64,000 bases of DNA, taken from NCBI RefSeq assembly GCF_006345805.1, contig NW_021835460.1, forward strand, positions 33,024 to 97,023. The letters run 5' to 3'. Made by a program: the position numbers and the translations under genes. Below are positions 25,830 through 39,240 of the stretch, piece after piece. A model generated the notes under the pieces. That model searched no databases and was not told the DNA's origin. It worked only from the letters and a program-made list of their open reading frames with translations. The DNA comes from Octopus sinensis. Its lineage: Eukaryota. Position 1 is the stretch's first letter. Each line of letters starts with the position of its first letter.

Positions 25830-26890
25830 TGAAGGTGAGCTGAAAAGTTCATAGGCTGTGAAGGCATGACGCTAGAGCTGTGAAATCTCACATGCATTAA
25901 TTCCAGCTAAACTTATTAACGACTGCATTGCTTCTGTCAACGAAAACTGATATCTGACTGGTCAAAGAAGGCTTGAAAAGTAACTAGTAGCGACTTCCCT
26001 TCAAAATCGATAAAAAATTTCGCATTGCAGCGTTACCAAGTATCTGCAGAGAAAGGGTTTAGCCCTAAAGGACATTCATACTGATATGCTTTCTACATTA
26101 GGAGGCGCAATGCCCAGTGGAGGCGCAATGGCCCAGTGGTTAGGGCAGCGGACTCGCGGTCGTAGGATCGCGGTTTCGATTCCCAGACCGGGCGTTGTGA
26201 GTGTTTATTGAGCGAAAACACTTAAAAGCTCCACGAGGCTCCGGCAGGGGATGGTGGTGGTGATCCCTGTTGTACTCTTTCGCCACAACTTTCTCCCACT
26301 CTTACTTCCTGTTTCTGTTGTGCCTGTATTTCAAAGGGGCCGGTCTTGTCACTCTCTGTGTCACGCTGAATATCCCCGAGAACTACGTTAAGGGTACACG
26401 TGTCTGTGGAGTGCTCAGCCACTTACACGTTAATTTCACGAGCAGGCTGTTCCGTTGATTCGGATCAACCGGAACCCTCCTCGTCGTAACCGACGGAGTG
26501 ATTCTACATTAGGGGATGACGCACCAGCTTTATTAACAGTGCGAAAGTGGGGCTGAATTTAGGAGGAAGATGGAGAGTCAGGAAGATGACCCAACGTCTG
26601 TATGGCCTGCAGTTGCCACCACCGAGGAAAATATTGATCGTATTCACCACATGGGGGCAGATGGCAGGCGATTGGCTATAAATCAATTAGCCAATCCTGT
26701 TAGTATATCCCGTGAGAGAGTGGAAAATATTCTGTGCAATGAACTTGGCATAACAAAATTTTCTGCTCGGTGGGCACCGCGTCTTCTGACACTTGTTCAA
26801 AAGCGCACCAGGTTGATCACATCACGGAAAAATCTCTCATTGTATGAGGTAGATCCAGCTGGGTTCCTTGAACGTTTCCTATAACTATAA
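25830..26890 (+). mobile_element. Mariner remnant (TIR region plus N-terminal HTH) split by a SINE at 26101-26501
   Basis: TIR-like gaaggtgagctgaaaagttc at ~25830. Peptide KDIHTDMLSTL|GDDAP...ESQEDDP...TTEENIDRIH...SARWAPRLLTLVQKRTRL reads across the SINE once it is removed. Confidence 0.88.
26101..26501 (+). mobile_element. SINE family B with duplicated 5' end, inserted in a mariner
   Basis: TSD ttctacatta (26091-26100 / 26502-26511). The 18-nt head stutter at 26101-26118 precedes the full head. Confidence 0.92.
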
Positions 26891-26957
26891 GAGATATGTT
26901 GTATTTATTATTAATTGTGAGTGAATTTGGTAGACGGAAACTGGAAGAATCCCGTCG

Positions 26958-26988
<31 letters not shown>

Positions 26989-27228
26989 TTTGTTCACGCG
27001 AGCCATTATTCAACCTGTGAGGTTATGTGAGAGGGATCTTGCGTGAGATACGGGGTAGCAGGATGGAACCCAGAATCAGGTGAGTTTCTTAACAACACAC
27101 CCTGGTTTGCTTTCCGTGTGCAAGAAACGTCCTGTGATTTGTCGTGGCAATAGATGTATGCACGTACGTATTTGCACATGAGTAGATAGACAGATTGATA
27201 TATAGACAGACAGACGGATAGATAGATC

Positions 27229-27285
<57 letters not shown>

Positions 27286-27293
27286 AGAGATGA

Positions 27294-27352
<59 letters not shown>

Positions 27353-27381
27353 TAGATACATAGATAGATGATGGATGGATG

Positions 27382-27428
<47 letters not shown>

Positions 27429-27429
27429 G

Positions 27430-27475
<46 letters not shown>

Positions 27476-27739
27476 ATAATGCAATTTAGATGCCACCATG
27501 CGAAAGGAGAAATAAAGAAGGATTTTAAAAATAGGATTGGCAATACAATGGATACTAATTATCCAGAAAGAGTGGAGATAGGGGGGGAGAGGGAGATTGG
27601 GAGAGAGATGGGAGGTCTTTGATATTAATATTGTCTACATACAATTAGCTTTATGGATGGCGGCAACAATAGCGATTACGTTAATAAGAACGCCATCACA
27701 AACAAAAAACGTTTACAACTTCGACAATGACGACGGCGG

Positions 27740-27764
27740 CATCGATGATGATGACGATGACGAC

Positions 27765-27803
<39 letters not shown>

Positions 27804-27804
27804 A

Positions 27805-27852
<48 letters not shown>

Positions 27853-27923
27853 GTGATAATGATGATGACGATGACGATGATGACGATGATGATGACGATG
27901 ATGATGATGATGATGACGATGAC

Positions 27924-27964
<41 letters not shown>

Positions 27965-28170
27965 CGATGATGATGATGATGATGATGACGATGATGATGA
28001 TGATGATGACGATGATGATGACGATGATGATGACGATGATGACGATGATGATGACGATGATGATGATGATGATGACGATGATGATGATGACGACGATGAT
28101 GATTATGATCATGACGATGATGATGATTTTGATGACGACGATGACGGCGACAACGACGACGATGAGGATG
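27740..28170. repeat. (GAT/GAC)n triplet array, next to (GATA)n at 27180-27475 and (GT)n at 28195-28265
   Basis: Direct inspection. Confidence 0.95.
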
Positions 28171-28191
28171 ATATCAAGAACAATAATATAA

Positions 28192-28268
<77 letters not shown>

Positions 28269-29709
28269 ATAATCTTTGGGGATCTATTTGACCTGTAAAA
28301 AGTCCATTTACATTGCGGTTTGTCGTGAAGAAAATTCTCACTTCCGGCAAGATGTGTTAAAACACCAACAGAGTACTTCATCGCCATGTGAACCGAGGAA
28401 TGCCTTTGATGCTCCTTTGCTATCGTCAACATCGATTACCAAGCGGGACATCCCGGAAATGACTTGGGGAGTCGTAGCTTCCTTATAGAAAATCAGGAGA
28501 TACTATCCTCTTGAAGGCGTGCGACGGCCGCTGGGTTCGAACAAACTTTGCAATAGGCTCACAATTCAAATATGTTAGGGATGTTCTTGGCCTGTAAAAA
28601 AGGGCCCTTTTCAGTGTGTCGTGGAGAGGCAGGAGATGTTCAAGCACCAAGAATCATGTCAGAAAGATTTCTCATTAGTCTAAAACATATAGGGGTGGAC
28701 AGTCCACTATCCATATTTACAAAAAGATAATTTGATTTAATCTAACTACTGACTAGTTTTTGTAGGTACTCGTGAAATAGAGTACAATTAGTCAAATTAA
28801 AAAAACTGATTAAGTACAGTGGTACATAACCATTCAATTGAAAATCTCTTGTGTACAAGAGTACAACAAATAAATTCAGACATAATCGATAAATTAGAAC
28901 CTTCTGGTTGTATAAAGGAGTGCATCCAATGAATATAGGAGCATACAGTTGACCAACTGAAATCCTCTATTTTGAGGACTAATCAGCTAATCGATATAAA
29001 ACCTCTGACTTCGTACAGGAGTACACAATCAATTAATCATCAATGAAACTTCTGACATCCAATACGACCGCCCTAAATTCACTCTGCAACTATTATTAAT
29101 CTATTAAGATAGTTTGTATTGATTAGAGACAACACAGATTTCTTCATAAATCAAAACTCTATACCAAAATGGAGAACTCTGAAAGACAATACTTAATGGT
29201 GTTGCAATCATAGACATCAGCAATTTGGCACCGAACGTCCACCACCACTTTCCCTACAGTGTTGTATTTGTAATTGTTTTGTATTATTTTTACATTGTTG
29301 TTGTTGTTGTTATTGTTGTTACTGTTCCTGTTGTTGTTGTTGTTGTTGTTGGTCTTACTACAAGCGTTGCTTTTTCTTCATTCAACAAACTGCGCAGCGC
29401 TTCAGGAATGCAAATCGAATGCATTTTCTTGATTTTTTTTTGTTTCTTCCAGTATTCTCGTTCCACTGCTGCAATTCATCATCATTACCCTTATCATCAT
29501 CATCATCATCATCATCATCATCGTTATCATCATCATCAGCAGCAGCAGCAAAAGCAGTGGTTGGGAAAGCAGCACACTATGATATATATTATGTTTAAGG
29601 CATACAGAGTATTATGACATATAGTATATGATGGTACATACTGTACGGTAGAGCATACTGCAATATAGCATATACTGCATCATTGTACATACTATATTAT
29701 TGCACATGG

Positions 29710-29766
<57 letters not shown>

Positions 29767-29772
29767 ATAGAT

Positions 29773-29813
<41 letters not shown>

Positions 29814-29814
29814 T

Positions 29815-30225
29815 CTTTATTTTTTTACTTGTTTCAGTCATTTGACTGCGCCCATGCTGGAGCAGCGCCTTTAGTCAAGCAAATCAACCCCAGGACATAT
29901 TCTTTGTAAGCCTAGTACTTATTCTATCGGTCTCTTTTGCCGAACCACTAAGTTATGGGGACGTAAACACACCAGTATCGGTTGTCGAGCGATGTTGTGG
30001 GGGGACAAACACAGATACATAAACATATACACACACATACATATACATATATACATATATACGACAGGCTTCTTTCAGTTTCTGTCTACAACATCCACTC
30101 ACAAGGCTTTGGTCGGCCCGAGGCTATAGTAGAAGACACTTGCCCAAGGTGCCACGCAGTGGGACTGAACCCAGAACCATGTAGTTGGTAAGCAAGCTAC
30201 TTACCACATAGCCACTCCTTCGCCT
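29815..30225 (-). mobile_element. SINE family A, full length
   Basis: Same head, body and tail as 23357-23802. Confidence 0.9.
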
Positions 30226-30284
<59 letters not shown>

Positions 30285-30293
30285 CATACATAA

Positions 30294-30385
<92 letters not shown>

Positions 30386-31775
30386 GTGTGTGTACATATG
30401 TGTGTGTTTGTGTATTTGAAAGTCTATGAGAATTACTTAATACAGTTTTCGAAGTGTAAAGGTGATTTATAAACAGAAATATATATATATATATATTAAT
30501 GTTATGAAATATTTTATGGGGATGTTACTAACCTTCATTGGGAAGAAGTTTTTTTTCTAATATGTGAGCGTTTTCGTTAAACCTTTTCAAACACCCGAGC
30601 TCTTAAAGAGGAAATTCTGTACTACAATTTATACTATACATTGGTATAATCTACACTATGGCATATTGCCGTCTATAGTATATACTATGTTATGCTATAC
30701 ACTGTACTAAATATATGACATTTCTACCAAGAAAACATTCCTGGGTTCTATGTGATGTTACTTCAGCATTTCATATACCGAAACATGCTGCATCTAATGT
30801 GAGAACCTCATGTGACTATGCTTCTATATCAAATATGCTGACACTTCTGCACTTCTTTTGACGACACCTCGACATCAATTTAGAAAATCTAGATTTCATC
30901 TAACGATACTTTCACTTTCTCTTTTGATCTCATAGCATGTAAAACCACTGAAATGTTCGAGTTATTGCGTGTTTTGAACTATAACTCCGAATTGTAACAT
31001 TTATCGTTTTCACCGAACAGGGCTTCTTTGAATTTTTATGCTTTCTGTACCTGGTGATATGATCAGAGATTAGAGTGAAAGATCAGAGATCAGAGTACGT
31101 AAACATTAAATTTCCAGACTTATTATTGAAAGGGAGAAACTCACAGATACGTGAAAGACAATAAGAACCAGCAAGGGATATTCTACTTGGTCACTCGCTT
31201 GCAAGAAGCAGCAGCCAAATGTCCTTCAAATTATACCCTAACGTCTAGATAAGGAAAGGACCAATTAAATTAAATAGTCTTACATTCGCCTAAAAAGGTG
31301 AAAATGACGTTATAGTTATGGTTGAGAGCAGGCTTTGATCGTTGCTTTACTGGATCAGGTCAGACCTGGGGCTAAAACATCAATAGACCTTTACAACTGG
31401 AATATTAGTTTATTTCTGTTTATTTCTGACTTCTTAAGAAAATATTGATTGTTACCAAAGTGCACAAAACTCGTAAGCAGCGCAGATCGATGGCGATCAA
31501 TGCTGATCAATGTTGATTGCTGTCGAGTAAGAATATGAATTGAAGCAGAGAACAAACACCCGCAAGAATAAGCCAAGATGGAAGTCTCTACGCTGTTCCT
31601 TGCCTTGCTTGAAACAACAGCCAATTTTCCCTCAAATTACCATATAAGTCCAACATATTGGTTCATCACATGTGAGGTGGAGGTTTTCGATACGTGATAT
31701 ATATATATATATATTATAATATATATATTATATATATATATAATATATATATATATATTGGGGACATATATATGA

Positions 31776-32322
31776 GAAGGCGGCGAGCTGGCAGAAACGT
31801 TAGCACGCCGGGCGAAATGCGTAGCCGTATTTCGTCTGCCGTTACGTTCTGAGTTCAAATTCCGCCGAGGTCGACTTTGCCTTTCATCCTTTCGGGGTCG
31901 ATTAAATAAGTACCAGTTACGCACTGGGGTCGATATAATCGACTTAATCCGTTTGTCTGTCCTTGTTTGTCCTCTCTGTGTTTAGCCTTTTGTGGGTAGT
32001 AAAGAAATAGATATTTCGTCTGCCGTTACGTTCTGGGTTCAAATTCCGCCAAGGTCGACTTTGCCTTACATCCTTTCAGGGTCAATAATTTAAGTACCAG
32101 TTACGCACTGGGGTCGATGTAATCGACTTAATACCTATATCTGTATTTCGTCTGCGTTACGTTGTGAGTTCAAATTCCGCCGAGGTCGACTTTGTCTTTC
32201 ATCCTTTCGGGGTCGATAAATTAAGTACCAGTTACGCACTGGGGTCAATGTAATCGACTTAATACCTATGTCTGTCCTTGTTTGTCCCCTCTATGTTTAG
32301 CCCCTTGTGGGTAATAAAGAAA
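31776..32322 (+). mobile_element. SINE family C, trimeric
   Basis: Extra units start at 32012 and 32143. Confidence 0.9.
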
Positions 32323-32429
32323 CAGATATACATTGGTGACATCACATGTAAGGTAGAAATGCTTACTCAGCAGAAATGACAATTCTCTAACATTGAAGAA
32401 ATTAAAGAAATTCCTTCAAAGCAACAACG

Positions 32430-32600
32430 ATATCCGTAAGACATTTCGTGACCCTGCCACTACCAAGACCGAGCTGGTAGCCGAGATTAAGAAGGTATTC
32501 AAAGATCTTCCTAAGAACACCGTGAGGAACGCTTACGCCAAGCTCTAGAGCTGTCTTGAGGCCGTGGTAGACGTTGGTGTCATATACTTTGAAGAAACTA
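32430..32600 (+). mobile_element. C-terminal fragment of a Tc1/maT-like transposase
   Basis: TTKTELVAEIKKVFKDLPKNTVRNAYAKL*SCLEAVVDVG resembles the terminal TKDEL.AAI...W......V..AC..F..RLEAVI..G motif. Confidence 0.6.
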
Positions 32601-32626
32601 TAGTTTTCTGGTCATAATCTAGTTAT

Positions 32627-32843
32627 ACTCTACTCTTTACTCTTTTTACTTGTTTCAGTCATTTTGACTGCGGTCATGCTTTAGCACCGCCTTTTAATCG
32701 AGCAAATCGACCCCGGGACTTATTCTTTGTAAGCCCTGTACTTATTCTATCGGTCTCTTTTGCCGAACTGCTATGTGACGGGGACGTAAATACACCAGCA
32801 TCGGTTGTCAAGCAATGCTAGGGGGACAAACACAGACACACAA

Positions 32844-32892
<49 letters not shown>

Positions 32893-33062
32893 TATATATG
32901 ACAGGCTTCTTTCTGTTTCCGTCTACCAAATCCACTCACAAGGCTTCGGTCGGCCCGCGGCTATAGCAGAAGACACTTGCCCAAGGTGCCACGCAGTGGG
33001 ACTGAACCCGGAACCATGTGGTTGGGTAGCAATCTACTTACCACACAGCCACTCCTGCGCCT
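32627..33062 (-). mobile_element. SINE family A, full length
   Basis: Same head, body and tail as the other copies. Confidence 0.9.
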
Positions 33063-33388
33063 ATTATGTTTTTTTCTTATTTAAAAAAAAATGTCATGTT
33101 TGGATGAGCCAATGCTGTTTCTTTGCTTTTCATGCAAACTGTCAAATTTATTCCGAACAGCCTGTAATCTATTGGTCTTTTCTACCGGATCACTAAGTAA
33201 CTGGAGCGTAAACAAACCAATGCTGGTTATCAAACAGTGGAAGTGAACAAATGCAGAGACAAAGATACATACACACATAGATACATGCACACGCACACAC
33301 ACACACTAATATTTTATAAGCTTAAAGCTTACAAGCAATCACCGTGTATTGACTAAAAAAAAAGTAGTTTAATATTGGGGCATACCAG

Positions 33389-33636
33389 TGTACATTTAAA
33401 CACATAAGGAGTATCCGTCATAGGATTCCTGGCACGCTAGAAGGAACAGCCAAAGTTCAAACTATTATTAGGGATAAACTTCGAAGGGAATGAAAAATAG
33501 AAACATTTGGATGGTAAATGGTGTTATTTTTCATTCCCTTCGAAATTTTATCCCTAATAGTGGTTTGGACTTTAGCTGTTCCTTCTAGTGTGCCAGGAAT
33601 CCTATGACGGATCCCTCTTATGTGTTTAAATGTACA
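33389..33636. repeat. Diverged fold-back palindrome, ~111-bp arms, 25-nt spacer
   Basis: Arms 33389-33499 and 33525-33636, with about 10 differences. Confidence 0.93.
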
Positions 33637-35390
33637 TTGTATGTGTGTGTGTGCGTGCAACGAACTGGCTTATATAATAACCTATTGAACTATATAGTAT
33701 GTCTGTTACTCCTACAAAGTGACATATTGACATATGTAGCTGACAGTGTTTTGTGTCGTGCAACAGAAAATGTCTATAGTTTATTGTCATTGATGGTATT
33801 CCAACCACAGAACTGAATCTTGTTTACGAAGACACGGGCCATAACGCGGAAGTGTTTACATCTGTCTATTGTATAAAGTGATAGCTAAAATCTATAGATA
33901 TATTCTGTAGAAGAGTATACTAAATAATGTACCTTCTTAGCGTACACTTTGTATTTTTAATAAGATGAGATGTCACGTCTAGCTTGTCTTTGATCATGGG
34001 CTTGATAGAATTGGGTAGAGATAATCCATTCATCACATCACACCACATTAATTCAGATATAGATATACTATAGCTTAATAGAGAAAGGGGTGGTTATGGC
34101 TAGATTACCTCTGACTGTAGGTCTGCTGGGCCACAGCAGAACTGGTACTAAAAGCCAACAACAGCAATACTCTTTCACTTGTTTCAGTCATTTGACTGTG
34201 ACCATGCTGGAGCACCGCCTTTTAGTCGAGCAAAATGTATCGGGGTCGATAAATTAAGTACCAGTTACGCACTGGGAGCTATCTAATCGACTTCATCCGT
34301 TTGTCTGTCCTTGTTTGTCCCCTCTATGTTTAGCCCCTTGTGAGCAATAAAGAAATAAGAAACACACTTCCTCTGACATGCAGTGATATCGAACCAGAAA
34401 CCAAGACGTTGTGGAGCGAACATATGAACCACAGAGTCATACATGAACCCCATTAACGTTGAGCAATAAACTGTTGAAAACACTTGATGTTAACCTAATT
34501 CCTGCCAGATATGTTGTTAGAGATTTAATTAAACTTTAGCTTCATCATTTATTTTTCAAGTATCTTTCCGTAGTTTCAGTAGAATTAATCTAAACTAAAA
34601 CTGCGTATTCAACTTGTATCGCTTCCAGTCTTGTCAGATTTATGTGTGTTTAACGAGCAATCCAGAACCAAATGACGTGGCGTCCATTTTCCTTGTTTCT
34701 TTTTCTATTTTACTATTTGTTTGATTCGTCATCACTCCTTCAACAGAACACTAACTATGTATGTGTCTTTGTATGCGTTTGTAAGTGTAGGTGTGTTATT
34801 GTGTGTCCGTGTGCGTGCGTGTGTATTTGCATTAATAAAGTGCAGTTTGGCACCAGATTACTGCATGTTACACAGTTACTGTGAAAGAAAGAGGAAATAA
34901 ATTAGATTTCATGTGGTCCGCTTTTAGCCGCAGGCGCTAGTTTACTGATGGTATTTCTCTCTTTCTTCCTTGAAATTCATGTGAGTTTAATTGTTGTGTA
35001 AAGAAATTGCGTGAAAGACCAACCACAGTGACATCTCTTTTACAACAATCATAAACATGTCAGTTGGACTAACTGTTTAGACTTTTATGCAATCATTGCT
35101 TCTAAAACATTGCGAGAATATTTTTTTAGTTTTCTGAAAATATTTTTTTAAAACTGATGCATATTTTAATGACGAATATCAAGAGAGATAAGGCAAAATA
35201 TCAGTGATCAAGTTGTTGATATACACTGTGGTGTAAAACAAAAATGACCAACAACTAATCTTCTTATTGTTACAATATATTATTGTGCCTGAGATAAGAT
35301 CATTGCTGTATACCGCAGACTGTATAATCGACCATCATCTGGTGTCTAACAGATATAGCGAAGTTGCAATGACCAGTTCATAGATGTATA

Positions 35391-35667
35391 ATAATAAATA
35401 AATAAATAAATAAATGCGCCCTTTTTAAAGCCTAGCCAGGCTCATGGGCCCGGTTTCCCGGTTTCTATGGCGTATGTGTTCTCCAGCTGGACGGGACGCC
35501 AGTCCATCGCAGTGTTACTCATTTTTGCCAGCTGAGTGGAGTGGAGCAACGTGAAATGAAGTGTTTTGCTCAAGAACACGACGTGAAATGAAGTGTTTTG
35601 CTCAATCGAAACCACAATCTTACGATCATGGTGCTGACACCCTAACCACTAAGCCATGTGCCTCCAC
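35391..35667 (-). mobile_element. SINE family D with 13-bp TSD
   Basis: TSD tcatagatgtata at 35378-35390 and 35668-35680; tail ...ctaggctttaaaaagggcgcattt(attt)n. Confidence 0.9.
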
Positions 35668-36389
35668 TCATAGATGTATATCACTGTCTATAATGACTTA
35701 CTATCAACTGATTTCTAACAGATATAGTGAAGTATCAGTGACTGGGCCATAGCTGCATATCACCGTCTGTAATAGCTAAAGAACAATTGCGAAGAATCGG
35801 TGACTAGGTCATAGATGTAGACTGTAGTTTATAAGAAGCAACCAACAGCTGACTTACAAGTGACTCAGCGAGAGTATCAGTGATGTGTGACGAAAAGCAA
35901 CGAATGGTGACGAAAGATAACGAAAGATAACGAAAGGTAACGAAAGATAACGAAAAGTGATGTCAAATAATGAAAGGTGACAAAACAGTTTCACATTCAA
36001 TAATAGTGATGATGGTGGTTGCTGTATTGAGGCGGGGACATCGAAGAGTAGTTTTTGTTTATTGAACTATTAAAACATCCATCTCTTAACGCATGCGCTT
36101 TAATGCTATTAGTTGTTGTCTACTTATTGGAAATTAATATTTGTTTATAAAATATCGGCAGTGACATACAACTTGAGTTAACAAGAGAAAGAATGAGCTG
36201 GTATAGGGAACTGCTAACATAGGAGCCGAGGGCAGAATCGTGATACCTATCGCTGGAGCAGTAACATAGACAAGAAAATAGATATGAAAGAGAACGCCAT
36301 ATTTGTTTTCTATATTCTTGTATTGGATATATAATATAACGAAGCAGGGGAAGAAAGTATATATACACGACGCATTACTATATCTTATA

Positions 36390-36827
36390 CACGTGACTCA
36401 ACGCTCTATATCAAAAGGCTCACAGCGAACTGAGGGAAAAGAGGGAAAATCCTAGAATATAATTGCTTCTATATCAATGTTCCAGGGTGATGTGATAAAC
36501 CTTATTTAATGAATATGATAATTACTTACCTTAGGAGCAAAAATTTTAATGTATGAAAAACTGCGTGGACAAATATTGATGCTACATTACAGGTAGGTAT
36601 TAAGATATTACATAGCTTATTTGAATTACCAGAACCTTTGATCCACATAGGATAGATCTACTAAGTTTAGGAAAGCTTGTGTCTTATGACATCCAGATTT
36701 AATTCTCGTTGTTGAAGCATCCATGAAACCTACCTTTGTCAATCGGATCAATGATAAATATATATACACACGCTCGCACACACACACACACACACATACA
36801 TATACATATACATATATACATGCATAC

Positions 36828-36894
<67 letters not shown>

Positions 36895-36902
36895 ATATAA
36901 AC

Positions 36903-36933
<31 letters not shown>

Positions 36934-37005
36934 ATATACATATATATATATACATACACACACACACACACACATACATATACATATACATATATACATG
37001 CATAC

Positions 37006-37077
<72 letters not shown>

Positions 37078-37126
37078 ATATATATATATAATATATATAT
37101 ATATATAAACATATATATATATACAT

Positions 37127-37184
<58 letters not shown>

Positions 37185-37830
37185 CAAATAATCTCATCTC
37201 TGTCGGCTTTTGAGAGACTTTCACTCAACTCATCATATGAGAACTATAAAAGAACAAAGCAACTTTGCAAATTGGTTGTGTCTGCTTGGAAATAGAACCA
37301 CGCCAACTCTACAGGGATAAGAACCAGATTGATGTCGAAGTGCCATCATTTTCACGGAGGTTCTTTAATGAATTACATTTTCATTGGCGCATCTGAGGAA
37401 GAGAGGCGATCACGTGTAATACTTTCCCCCTTAAGTATTCTGATTATCTGAAATGAGATTTTCAAATTGCTATCAGAAAATGTCCAAGCGTATTTTAGTA
37501 TAAATTAAATCGTTACTGATAATCAGGCTGTTAATGAACACTACACTACAGAACCACTTAATTCATTTGCTCTATCGTAATTGCATCGGAGATTTGTTAA
37601 CAGGTAGAGTTTTGGCAGATAGGCGATCGTTGGTACCTAAAAACCAGACAGCTAGCATTTGAAATTTACTTTTTCTTTAGACAGACCTGTTTCCTGTTAT
37701 ATAAACTTATTGAATGACAATTAAAACAAAGCGGAATCAAACATTTAATAAGATAGGGATTTGCTTGTTACAACTAGTATCTGGTCATGGAAAATTATAT
37801 GTTGTAGTCGTTAGGGCTAGGAAATAAACT
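36390..37830 (+). mobile_element. Decayed Helitron RepHel helicase (PIF1-like) domain, split by a microsatellite at ~36765-37180
   Basis: Collinear motifs: FYINVPG*CDKPYL (Walker A, from 36467), [15 protein letters not shown] (36611), LILVVEASM (Walker B), HMR...FANWLCLLG (37231-37290), RVILSP, YTTEPLNSF, FPV..Y.MTI, QTFNKIGI and HGKLYVVVVRAR (37786-37822). Confidence 0.85.
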
Positions 37831-37890
37831 GGTGTTGATGTTGGAGCAGTTAATACCAATTGGCAAGGAAAACAAAGAAGAAAATCTATT

Positions 37891-38294
37891 ACTCTTTTAC
37901 TTGTTTCAGTCATTTGACTGCGGCCATGCTGGAGCACCGCCTTTTAGTCGAGCGAATCGACCCCGGGACTTATTCTTTGTAAGCCCAGTACTTATTCTAT
38001 CGGTCTCTTTTGCTGAACCGCTAAGTGACGGGGACGTAAACACACCAGCATCGGTTGTCAAGCAATGCTAGGGGGACAAACACAGACACACAAACACACA
38101 CACACACATGCATATATATATACATATATACGACAGGCTTCTTTCAGTTTCCGTCTACCAAATCCACTCACAAGGCTTTGGTTGGCCCAAGGCTATAGCA
38201 GAAGGCACTTGCCCAAGATGCCACGCAGTGGGACTGAACCCGGAACTATGTGGTTGGTTAGCAAGCTACTTACCACACATCCACTCCTGCGCCT
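37891..38294 (-). mobile_element. SINE family A, full length
   Basis: Near-consensus copy. Confidence 0.9.
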
Positions 38295-39240
38295 ATATTA
38301 CTAAAAACATTGCGTATGAGGGAACATTCAAATTAATGGTATATATTCATAATAATGATAATTAATTGTACAATGATTCAATCAATACAACGTTATAATA
38401 ATTGGATTGATATTTCATTATTATGCTTATAATGTTATTAATTATTGATTCTTATTGATGTGTTTTGTTTCATTGATTTCTTTCTTTGCAAATAATAGTC
38501 ATTACATAAAATGCATATCAATGTTAATTTAAACGTAAATAAAAGAAAATATTTATTTTCTAAAAAAAAAAAATTTTTTTTGTTCTTCTTCTTCTTCTCA
38601 TCTATCCACCCACAGGTCACGAATTACTAAACGAAATTATGTGTGTTTGTACAAATATATGCCATAGTAATTATTGTTTCAGTCGTCAACAACCATGGTA
38701 TTTCCATGGGTCCAGCATATTAAAATTCGTTAAATCGCTTGCAGCAGAATTGCACGGTATCAGAATATTATCATAACAGATTATGTCTTCGATTTCGTTC
38801 CATATTTAAGACGGTTTAAAGTGCTTTGCTACGTACATTATTCTTTCAACACATTTTCCATACTTTGAAAAATAGCACTGTCACAATGGAAAGGTGAAGG
38901 GAAATAAATTAATATTTTATTATAGGCAATAATATATAGCACTTTTTAGATTGCGTTCACTACTTAGTGTAAAGATTAAAATAATAGATAACTTTCATGT
39001 TAGAAATGGCCGCAATAAATACTATTTTCAAAGATGTTCTCTCCAACAATAGCACCTTAAATACTAAATATGCAGACTTTACATCAGCCAGACAATCAAA
39101 TGTTTCGGGAAAATGTATTTTCTATAGTAATTTTGTATTTCGTGGTTTTCTGTGAACTTCCAACAATCTTATTTTTGCTAAACAGCCGTGGAATTTCCAC
39201 AGCTGCTACTAGTATGTATTATCGTTATTATCTATTATTT

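Noticed and set aside
27597-28298. 233-aa poly-Asp ORF
   Set aside because: (GAT/GAC)n microsatellite flanked by other simple repeats.
35905-35960. (AACGAAAGAT)n 10-bp repeat and neighbouring ~75-bp degenerate repeats
   Set aside because: Short ordinary minisatellites with no further structure.
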